Shown here: positions 1-5,803 of the stretch, piece by piece
Numbering within the stretch: position 1 is the first letter of the stretch
Layout: each line of letters begins with the position of its first letter
IMG/VR virus record: IMGVR_UViG_2698536403_000004
Reading direction: 5' to 3' (one strand)
Length of the DNA: 6,450 bases
Source of the DNA: a virus
Taxonomy: Duplodnaviria; Heunggongvirae; Uroviricota; Caudoviricetes
The notes under the pieces: generated by a model
Database searches by the model: none
Told to the model about the DNA's origin: nothing
The model's input: only the letters and a program-made list of their open reading frames with translations
Translations under genes and position numbers: made by a program

Positions 1-438
1 GAATGTTGCCATGTCTTCCTGCAACAATTCCTGTGCGCTAATAACCATATCAACGGTGATGTTTTCACATGTGTCGAACTTAACCATGAGAGCGTTCTGT
101 ACTTCAGGGGCCAGCTTGTCAAAAGTGACGTTCATTAGATCGGATTCAGTCTCAACCGGGACAAAAGAAGCAGAATCCTCATCCCAGCGGTTTTCCTGCA
201 TATATTCAGCATCCCATGAATCGAGGGCAGGGCGGGGTATGCCAGGTTTATCCTCGCAGATAATAAATTTATAAGCGCAGTCCTGAGCAGCCGGATAATG
301 TTCCAGGAATTGCCAGTGAAATTTTGCTCGAGCACGGCGTTCGTCGCCAGCTTCAATAGCTGTGGCTACAGCCACAGCGCCTTCTTCCCTTGTTGCCAGT
401 TCGTCAGGAATGGCGGCGCAAATAAAGACTTTACTCAT
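1..438 (-). CDS. Hypothetical prophage early protein, acidic; 5' end complete, 3' end runs off the window (146 codons visible)
   Basis: ATG at 438..436 on minus strand with GAGGT about 9 nt upstream; frame open without stop to position 1; begins MSKVFICAAIPDELATREEG. Not in the ORF track because no stop lies inside the window. Confidence 0.55.
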   Translation of the reverse strand, partial: MSKVFICAAIPDELATREEGAVAVATAIEAGDERRARAKFHWQFLEHYPAAQDCAYKFIICEDKPGIPRPALDSWDAEYMQENRWDEDSASFVPVETESDLMNVTFDKLAPEVQNALMVKFDTCENITVDMVISAQELLQEDMATF

Positions 439-531
439 TTTGTTTTAACCTCATGACAGATTTAAGGATGAACAAATCCCTGCCATTGCTGGCATATAAG
501 AATGAAACCGGATATTTATTACGGAACTGTT

Positions 532-723
532 TTAAAGACCTGCCGGGATTTCGATATTATCCTGGTGAATAACTTTATCGACCGGGTAACAGTTACCGGG
601 AATTTTCTGTTCGGTTGCTGCAGTCATACACTCCTGCATTGTCCTGTGAACACTGACTGCAATATCAACTGGCTCTCCGGAAACAAGAAAAACTGTCAGA
701 ACAAGTGCAAATGCTGTATTCAT
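532..723 (-). CDS. Small protein (63 aa) with hydrophobic N-terminus (signal peptide or TM) and two Cys in the C-terminal part
   Basis: ATG at 723 preceded by AAGGA 8 nt upstream; start overlaps the stop of the upstream gene in an ATGA junction (721..723 / 720..722), suggesting translational coupling. Track ORF 532..777 trimmed to the RBS-supported start. Product MNTAFALVLTVFLVSGEPV... Confidence 0.45.
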   Translation of the reverse strand: MNTAFALVLTVFLVSGEPVDIAVSVHRTMQECMTAATEQKIPGNCYPVDKVIHQDNIEIPAGL

Positions 724-908
724 TGCCAGCATCCTTTTTGTATCGGACGTAAACGGGCCAGCATTGAAAGAATGCATATTTTATTTAATAACTCCCGTTC
801 GTGTTTTCTCTTGTTAATGGCATCTTCAGTAAATACAGGGTTACTGATAGTGACACCAATTTCAAAACAACCTTCAGACGTATTAACGTTTGGTAATAAC
901 GTTTCCAT
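720..908 (-). CDS. Small hypothetical protein (62 aa)
   Basis: ATG at 908 with GAGGA 7 nt upstream; track ORF 720..1013 begins at a non-ATG start with no RBS, so the internal ATG is preferred. Product METLLPNVNTSEGCFEIGVT... Confidence 0.45.
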   Translation of the reverse strand: METLLPNVNTSEGCFEIGVTISNPVFTEDAINKRKHERELLNKICILSMLARLRPIQKGCWQ

Positions 909-925
909 TATCGCGTCCTCAACAA

Positions 926-1073
926 TGAATTTTGTGATGCGGTGCCTGGTGCCTCCAGGTGACGTTAACCAGTTAACAATTAACGCCGGATACAGAGAAT
1001 CCACCCATAACACTGTTTTTGGTTTTAACTGTTCCGCGTGCGCTGAGCCGCATTCACCGCATCACAAAATTCA
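926..1073. repeat. Perfect 19-bp inverted repeat pair (926..944 TGAATTTTGTGATGCGGTG and 1055..1073 CACCGCATCACAAAATTCA) bracketing 110 bp that contains further nested palindromes
   Basis: Arms are exact reverse complements when read directly from the sequence; the interior holds CCTGG..CCAGG and GTTAAC..GTTAAC dyads; located just upstream of the minus-strand gene starting at 908. Confidence 0.8.
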
Positions 1074-1475
1074 CTTTAAAAAGGGCGGCAGAGCAGCCAC
1101 GGAGTAAAACTGATACCGCCAAACGTCACCAGAAAATTGATAACAGAGGGCGTTGCAGCGGGGTTGTCACTTAAGCGTATGGTCAACCTGACAACCCGAT
1201 GTCCTCAACGGGGAAGGAATAACCCCGCCATACTTACCGCCGCGCCATTTCGCGGAGTGCCACAACCGGAAGCGCACGGTCGACGAAAATTTAACGACAG
1301 GTTATCTATGAACCAGCTACCTCGCCGTGCGCTTTCGCGTTATGGTCTGACTTTTCATGGAAATATCCTTTCAGTAAACTGTCAGTGCCGGATGCTCACC
1401 CGTGTCCGGCGCACGCACTCCACCTCACCCGTGGAGAACTCCTTAATTACCAACCTTAGCTTCGTTGGTTAGCTA

Positions 1476-1694
1476 TTAACGCGGGTATGTAATCATTCTG
1501 GCAATGCTTAATGCCGCTGCTTTTTCCAGCCTGGTGATATCCTGCTCCAGAGCGGACAGATTTTCAGCCTGCTTAGCCCTGGCTTCATTAGCCCATTTCA
1601 GATCCTGCGCTGCATTAATTTTCTGGCGCATCCACTCATAAAGTTCATCATCGGTATAGTCTGGCGCGATGATGACGGGTTCTCGTTTCTGCAT
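1476..1694 (-). CDS. Small hypothetical prophage protein (72 aa), charged and helical
   Basis: ATG at 1694 with GAGGA 6 nt upstream; product MQKREPVIIAPDYTDDELYEWMRQ...; same strand as the leftward operon. Confidence 0.55.
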   Translation of the reverse strand: MQKREPVIIAPDYTDDELYEWMRQKINAAQDLKWANEARAKQAENLSALEQDITRLEKAAALSIARMITYPR

Positions 1695-1723
1695 ACTGAT
1701 TCCTCGCGGTGCTGTTTCGCTTA

Positions 1724-1852
1724 TCAGCCGTTAGATTTTGCCGAACTGGAAAGCGCCTGTTTAAACTCACTGAAGCTGAGAGCTTCTTCGCCTTCGGCAA
1801 GGCCTTCGAAGTATTCTTCGTAAGCCTTTTCCATGATTGTGTCGAAATCCAT
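1724..1852 (-). CDS. Very small acidic protein (42 aa), below the length cutoff of the ORF track
   Basis: ATG at 1852 with GGTGA 5 nt upstream; starts 1 nt after the stop of the upstream gene (1854..1856); product MDFDTIMEKAYEEYFEGLAEGEEALSFSEFKQALSSSAKSNG. Confidence 0.4.
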   Translation of the reverse strand: MDFDTIMEKAYEEYFEGLAEGEEALSFSEFKQALSSSAKSNG

Positions 1853-1853
1853 A

Positions 1854-2090
1854 TCACTCACCTGAGTTTCTTTCCAGCCAGCGACGGGCACCATTTTCGG
1901 TTTTAAACGTTTTGCTTTTGGTATACGTCATTGCGGTGAACGTGCCGTCCTGGTTTGGAAATACGCCGTACACCAGAGATTCGTTGTTGCCAAGATCGAT
2001 AGTATCCATGCTGACCTCATTTCCCCTTAACGCCGGGGTAGCGGAACAAAAACCTGCTGCATAGTTATTAAAGTTGAACCCTGCCGTCAT
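1854..2090 (-). CDS. Small hypothetical protein (78 aa), first gene of the leftward early operon
   Basis: ATG at 2090 with GAGG about 9 nt upstream; an internal Met would give a 51-aa product, so the start is uncertain. No arginine-rich motif, so not obviously an N-type antiterminator. Confidence 0.5.
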   Translation of the reverse strand: MTAGFNFNNYAAGFCSATPALRGNEVSMDTIDLGNNESLVYGVFPNQDGTFTAMTYTKSKTFKTENGARRWLERNSGE

Positions 2091-2195
2091 GTTCTTACGC
2101 CTCGGGCTGGCTACTTAACCCCTGACCACTGCCTGGTAACTCGAAGTATTGCCCTGCATTCTGTGGGGCGGGGTGGGTTGGTATGAAAAGAAGGA

Positions 2196-2232
2196 TACCC
2201 ATAGGTATTTAAAAAGTAAATACCCATGGGTA
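2196..2232. promoter_or_regulatory. Candidate oL/pL: 16-bp-arm palindrome TACCCATAGGTATTTA-aaaag-TAAATACCCATGGGTA (15/16 symmetric) overlapping a possible leftward promoter
   Basis: Palindrome read directly; on the minus strand TTTACT, a 17-nt spacer and TATCCT fit a -35/-10 pair; the arms contain the same TGGGTATT/TAGGTATT motif seen at oR. Confidence 0.45.
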
Positions 2233-2274
2233 ACTTTTTGCGGTGTCTTAACTGGTGACTAGTTGTTTGGTGAG

Positions 2275-2694
2275 CTATGATGCGTTTTGTGCTTTCTTTT
2301 TACGGATTTCTTCGTAGATCATATTGTAATACTGTTTTTTCTCTTCAAGAGTTTTTAATAAGTTATCCGCTTCACTTTCTGGCAGTTCGTCTAAGAGATC
2401 TAAAAAAATACGTTGTCGTGGCGTTAGAACCCTTGTTTCATAACTGGAGGCTGTGTTCGTTGATGATGAAACGATACCATCCATCCATCCCCGGGGTAAC
2501 CCAAAGGACTCTTCGATAATCTCCACCATATCATCAGCGATCCGTTTTTTTCCCTTTTTCCCCTCTGGGTACAACATTCTTGATACATAAGAAGGCTCGC
2601 GCCCGATCTTTCTGGCCACGTTAACCGCTTTACCATCGCATTTCTCATCACGAATTTTGATGAGTTGCTGTCGTCTAAATTCATATTTGTCCAT
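2275..2694 (-). CDS. Prophage repressor, short HTH type (139 aa; CI/RacR-like role), no C-terminal peptidase domain
   Basis: Divergent from a Cro-like gene across an operator-rich spacer; HTH-like segment GKAVNVARKIGREPSYVSRMLY; length too short for an S24 peptidase domain. No SD upstream of the ATG and a TATTAT hexamer 5-10 nt upstream suggest a leaderless mRNA. Confidence 0.7.
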   Translation of the reverse strand: MDKYEFRRQQLIKIRDEKCDGKAVNVARKIGREPSYVSRMLYPEGKKGKKRIADDMVEIIEESFGLPRGWMDGIVSSSTNTASSYETRVLTPRQRIFLDLLDELPESEADNLLKTLEEKKQYYNMIYEEIRKKKAQNAS

Positions 2695-2722
2695 AGGTAA
2701 ATAATAGATGCGATTACTGCAA

Positions 2723-2770
2723 GGTAAACAACCTGTGGGTATTGACTTTTGTTTACCTGTGGGTATTCTT
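2723..2770. promoter_or_regulatory. Candidate oR/pR: two exact 13-bp direct repeats ACCTGTGGGTATT (2731..2743, 2755..2767) plus an 8-bp inverted repeat GGTAAACA/TGTTTACC (2723..2730, 2750..2757), overlapping -35 TTGACT (2742..2747) and -10 TATTCT (2764..2769)
   Basis: Repeats and hexamers read directly; 16-bp spacer; AAGGAG RBS at 2783..2788 precedes the ATG at 2795 of the Cro-like gene. Confidence 0.55.
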
Positions 2771-2794
2771 TGCTGTGTTTACTAAGGAGTAGCT

Positions 2795-3076
2795 ATGGAA
2801 GAATTAAGAATATTTCTCAATTCTCTTTCGTCAGATGAACAGCGTATGTTTGCATGCGAGTGTGGTACCAGCATCGGTTATCTAAGAAAGGCATTGAGTA
2901 AAGGTCAAGTGTTAGGGGCATCGTTATGTGTCCTTATTGAGCGAGCCAGTAATGGTGAAGTTACACGTCAGCAACTAAGGCCTTTTGATTGGATGAATAT
3001 TTGGCCCGAGCTGGAAGATACCAAAACGTTAACACAACCACTTTCTAGGAGCTTGATTCATGAAAATCAAGCATGA
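2795..3076 (+). CDS. ydaS: Cro-like HTH regulator of the YdaS type (93 aa)
   Basis: AAGGAG 6 nt upstream of ATG; divergent from the repressor; protein pattern ...CGTSIGYLRKALSKGQ...IERASNGEVTRQQLRPFDW resembles the YdaS/Cro-like family as I remember it; not verified by search. Confidence 0.55.
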   Translation: MEELRIFLNSLSSDEQRMFACECGTSIGYLRKALSKGQVLGASLCVLIERASNGEVTRQQLRPFDWMNIWPELEDTKTLTQPLSRSLIHENQA

Positions 3077-3485
3077 ACACATCCGCATGGCGATGAATGC
3101 CTGGGCGCGTCCTGATGGCGAAAAAGTTCCAGCAGCTGGAATAACCCAGGCTTATTTTGAGTTGGGTATAACGTTTCCTGAACTGTATGACGACAGCCAT
3201 CCGGAAGCCCTGGCTCGCAATACACAGAAAATTTTCCGCTGGGTAGAGAAAGACACCCCTGATGCTGTTGAAAAAATTCAGGCGTTGTTACCAGCGATCG
3301 AAAAGGCAATGCCACCTTTGCTGGTGGCCCGAATGCGCAGCCACAGTTCAGCCTATTTTCGGGAGCTGGTGGAGACGCGGGAACGACTGGTGAGAGACGC
3401 TGATGATTTTGTCGCAGTGGCGATTGCCGGTTTCAATCAGATGAACCGTGGTGGCCCTGCAGGAAATGCCGTGGTGATGCACTAA
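3060..3485 (+). CDS. ydaT: YdaT-like protein (141 aa), in the cII-equivalent position
   Basis: AGGAG 8 nt upstream of ATG at 3060; overlaps the preceding gene by 17 nt; N-terminus MKIKHEHI matches my recollection of YdaT family proteins; follows the Cro-like gene as in Rac-type prophages. Confidence 0.5.
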   Translation: MKIKHEHIRMAMNAWARPDGEKVPAAGITQAYFELGITFPELYDDSHPEALARNTQKIFRWVEKDTPDAVEKIQALLPAIEKAMPPLLVARMRSHSSAYFRELVETRERLVRDADDFVAVAIAGFNQMNRGGPAGNAVVMH

Positions 3486-3493
3486 AAGCACGG

Positions 3494-3715
3494 ATGGCGT
3501 TAACAATGACGGAGGGGGCTGTGAATCTACCTGATTTTTTTACTGTTCTTGCCTGTGGTATTGGTGGGGCTCTGGCCGGACATTTTATCGTGAATCTGTT
3601 CACCTGGTATCTCTTTGGTTTCAGGGATTACTTCACCCGATGGACTTTAAATTGTCTTCGTCGGTTCATTGGGCGCAAGCCTGATATGAGGATTTGGAAA
3701 GATGAAAAACGCTGA
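3494..3715 (+). CDS. Small hydrophobic protein, one predicted TM segment (65-73 aa depending on start)
   Basis: ORF with TM-like stretch FFTVLACGIGGALAGHFIVNLFTWYLFGF; the best RBS (GGAGG, 5-nt spacer) precedes GTG at 3521 rather than ATG at 3494; stop lies 4 nt from the stop of the convergent minus-strand gene. Confidence 0.4.
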   Translation: MALTMTEGAVNLPDFFTVLACGIGGALAGHFIVNLFTWYLFGFRDYFTRWTLNCLRRFIGRKPDMRIWKDEKR

Positions 3716-3719
3716 TTGT

Positions 3720-4115
3720 TTATGGCATCGGGAGGCCGTTTTTCTCCCGATATCGCTCGATCTCTGCCTGAATTGCTGCAACAGCACACATGGAGTCGTA
3801 CTGGATCAGTCTGAGATTTTCAATCGTGAATTTGTCTTCCTCCATCAGGTTGAGCATACGAAAGTATCGAAAGACGTAAACTTCTGGGCCGCTGACACCA
3901 TACCCCTTTGCCTTCGATATGGTTTGGTGGAGCTCCCATTCTTTCAATGCGAGGGTGAGAGCCATTTCTCTTATTTTTGCTCTGGCTTCAGCAGCCCGGC
4001 GTTGCGCTTCAATGGTTCGTTCCGATTTGCGTTGCCAGGCACCATTAACCAGCGAAACCACGCCAGCAACACACGCACTCAACACAACGCTACTTGTGAT
4101 AGTTGCAAAATCCAT
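3720..4115 (-). CDS. Membrane-anchored protein (131 aa): N-terminal TM helix followed by a basic, helical cytoplasmic domain; moron-like, function unknown
   Basis: ATG at 4115 with GAGGAGG 6 nt upstream; TATAAT (complement of 4155..4160) upstream on the minus strand; product MDFATITSSVVLSACVAGVVSLVNGAWQRKSERTIEAQRRAAEARAK...; positive residues after the TM place the C-domain in the cytoplasm. Confidence 0.65.
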   Translation of the reverse strand: MDFATITSSVVLSACVAGVVSLVNGAWQRKSERTIEAQRRAAEARAKIREMALTLALKEWELHQTISKAKGYGVSGPEVYVFRYFRMLNLMEEDKFTIENLRLIQYDSMCAVAAIQAEIERYREKNGLPMP

Positions 4116-4194
4116 TTCGAACCTCCTCTGGTTCTGTTGATTAGTGAATCACAGATTATAACCAGAGGAAGGTTTGGCTCCAGACGAGGTGAAC
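4116..4194. promoter_or_regulatory. Divergent promoter/RBS region between the moron and the replication gene, with an imperfect inverted repeat (4121..4133 vs 4160..4173)
   Basis: Minus strand: TATAAT then GAGGAGG then ATG. Plus strand: possible TGTTGA -35 and TATAAC -10, then GAGG 5 nt before ATG 4195. CCTCTGGT / ACCAGAGG form an exact 8-bp inverted repeat. Confidence 0.4.
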
Positions 4195-5280
4195 ATGCGT
4201 GATTATGCAAAAGTTTCCCCGCGATTCTGGCTGGGAGAAACGGGGAGAGAACTTAGAAAGGCGGGTGCAGAAGCGCAAGTTGTTGCTTTTTACCTGATGA
4301 CATCCCCTCACGCAAATATGTTGGGTTTGTATTACCTGCCAGTTTTGTACCTTGCTCATGAAACCGGGCTTGGTCCGGAAGGGGCTTCGAAGGGGCTTAA
4401 AAGGGCTGTTGAAGCTGGTTTTTGTAGCTATGACCATGATGCCGAGATGGTCTGGGTCCATGAAATGGCAGCCTGGCAGGTTGGGGAAACGTTGAAGCCT
4501 GGAGATAACCGTTGTGCAGGTGTCAGGAATGAGTATGCATCATTACCTGAAAACGCCTTTCTGTCAGCCTTTTACGACAGATATAAAACGGATTTCCATC
4601 TGGATGTGAGGCGGAATAATCGCCGGAATTCAGCAAGGGGCTTCGAAGAGGCTTTAAAGGGGCTTCTAAGCCAAGAACAGGAACAGGAGAAAGAACAGGA
4701 GCAGGATAAAAATACTATGCTTCATGGCGAAAAAATCGCCACGAACCAGGCAGGGGATGTTCAGAACGTCAATCCTGGTCAGCCAGCAGGCACGACACCG
4801 GAAGCCGATTCGGGCGCTGTGCAGCAGGCGATGACCGCAAGGCCGGAACAATCACACCAACTGCAGCAGCCTGAAGCCGATTCCGCCATTCAGCGGGAAG
4901 CCGATCAGGTAGTCCCGGAAAACACCGGGCAGCCTGTGGGACGAGTGGATTATCCGGATGTGTTCGAACAGGTCTGGCGGGAATACCCGTTGCGTGCCGG
5001 AGCAAACCCGAAGAAATCCGCTTTCAGTGCCTGGAAGGCCAGATTACGCGAGGGGGTGCCACCAGAGGCCATGCTGGATGGCGTGAGGCGTTACGCAAGA
5101 TACCTGGCGACTACCGGGAAAACGGGAACGGAATTTGTTCAGCGAGCGACGACGTTTTTTGGACCGGACCGGAATTTTGAAAACCCCTGGTTGCTCCCGG
5201 TAAGCGGCACGAACAACCAGCGTTGTGTGAATCATGTTTCTGAACCGGATACCGAAATTCCGCCAGGCTTCAGGGGGTAA
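4195..5280 (+). CDS. Putative replication initiation / replisome-organiser-type protein (361 aa; YdaU/O-position analogue), with a low-complexity acidic Q/E-rich linker
   Basis: ATG at 4195 with GAGG 5 nt upstream (in-frame TTG at 4174 is an alternative); sits where O-type genes lie; C-terminal segment DYPDVFEQVWREYPLRAGANPKKSAFSAWKARL...FFGPDRNFENPW resembles conserved phage replication-protein C-terminal domains as I remember them; unverified. Confidence 0.55.
   Translation: MRDYAKVSPRFWLGETGRELRKAGAEAQVVAFYLMTSPHANMLGLYYLPVLYLAHETGLGPEGASKGLKRAVEAGFCSYDHDAEMVWVHEMAAWQVGETLKPGDNRCAGVRNEYASLPENAFLSAFYDRYKTDFHLDVRRNNRRNSARGFEEALKGLLSQEQEQEKEQEQDKNTMLHGEKIATNQAGDVQNVNPGQPAGTTPEADSGAVQQAMTARPEQSHQLQQPEADSAIQREADQVVPENTGQPVGRVDYPDVFEQVWREYPLRAGANPKKSAFSAWKARLREGVPPEAMLDGVRRYARYLATTGKTGTEFVQRATTFFGPDRNFENPWLLPVSGTNNQRCVNHVSEPDTEIPPGFRG
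4379..4666. repeat. Short direct repeats inside the replication gene: AAGGGGCTT at 4379, 4390, 4635 and 4657, including an exact 14-mer AAGGGGCTTCGAAG at 4379..4392 and 4635..4648
   Basis: Read directly; two pairs about 250 bp apart; further repeats GAACAGGA x3 (4675..4700) and GAAGCCGAT x3 (about 4801, 4874, 4898) lie in the linker. Confidence 0.6.
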
Positions 5281-5320
5281 GTGTTTATTTCAGGTCATGA
5301 GGTAATTTTCAGGAGGGCTT

Positions 5321-5746
5321 GTGGCAAAAGTTTTTACACAAGAAGAGCGAGAAAAAATTAAAGGGCAGGTTGTTGAGCTAGTACGCCGGAGTGGGCGCGA
5401 GACGTTACGGCAACTGGAAGCCAAGACAGGTGCGACAAGATATCTGATGAGCGTTCTCGCCAGAGAGCTGGTTGCCAGTGGTGATGTATACAACTCTGGT
5501 TACGGGTTATTCCCGTCTGAACAGGCTCGTAAGGACTGGCAAAACGCCCGCAAAAAACTCTCAAGGGCAAAGCTGAAGAAAAAAACACCTGTGGTTGATC
5601 CGGACCTTATCTGGTCGTTACCAGACGGAGAAATACGTCGTTATGACAGGCGTCAGAACATAATCTGTAGCGAGTGCCGGAAGAGCGAAGTTATGCAGCG
5701 CGTGCTGGCGTTTTATCAGGGGAATTTTCAGGAGGTGGTGCTGTGA
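5321..5746 (+). CDS. Hypothetical protein (141 aa), possible winged-helix-like N-terminus
   Basis: GTG start at 5321 preceded by AGGAGGG (short 4-nt spacer); long ORF co-directional with the replication gene; product MAKVFTQEEREKIKGQVVELVRRSG... Confidence 0.5.
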   Translation: MAKVFTQEEREKIKGQVVELVRRSGRETLRQLEAKTGATRYLMSVLARELVASGDVYNSGYGLFPSEQARKDWQNARKKLSRAKLKKKTPVVDPDLIWSLPDGEIRRYDRRQNIICSECRKSEVMQRVLAFYQGNFQEVVL

Positions 5747-5803
5747 GTGAAATTAGCTATCAGGCTTCAATTGCCGCTGGCATTCGCATCAAAGGAGAGG
5801 AGC

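Noticed and set aside
502-1107. Plus-strand ORF of 201 codons
   Set aside because: Cys-rich, low-complexity translation with no RBS; antisense to two minus-strand genes that have RBSs and an ATGA coupling junction.
1441-1470. Hairpin ACCAAC-n9-GTTGGT just downstream of the 72-aa gene as an intrinsic terminator
   Set aside because: Only a 6-bp stem and no U-run on the transcribed (minus) strand.
1137-1472. Plus-strand ORF of 111 codons in the ORF-free gap
   Set aside because: Arg-rich translation typical of an off-frame read through GC-rich DNA; no SD; opposite to the operon direction.
2277-2684. ORFs overlapping the repressor gene (plus 2277..2519, minus 2424..2684 in another frame)
   Set aside because: Shadow ORFs of the repressor frame; the repressor frame has the HTH and the expected position.
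4174-4176. TTG as start of the replication gene
   Set aside because: In-frame ATG at 4195 has a better-spaced GAGG; TTG kept only as an alternative.
3702-4202. Plus-strand ORF of 166 codons overlapping the minus-strand membrane protein gene
   Set aside because: Cys/Phe/Ser-rich junk-like translation; the minus-strand frame has a strong RBS, a -10 hexamer and a coherent TM-plus-helix protein.
4666-5235. Minus-strand ORFs (61, 78 and 63 codons) inside the replication gene
   Set aside because: Antisense to a long, well-supported ORF; Arg/Pro-rich or low-complexity translations without RBSs.
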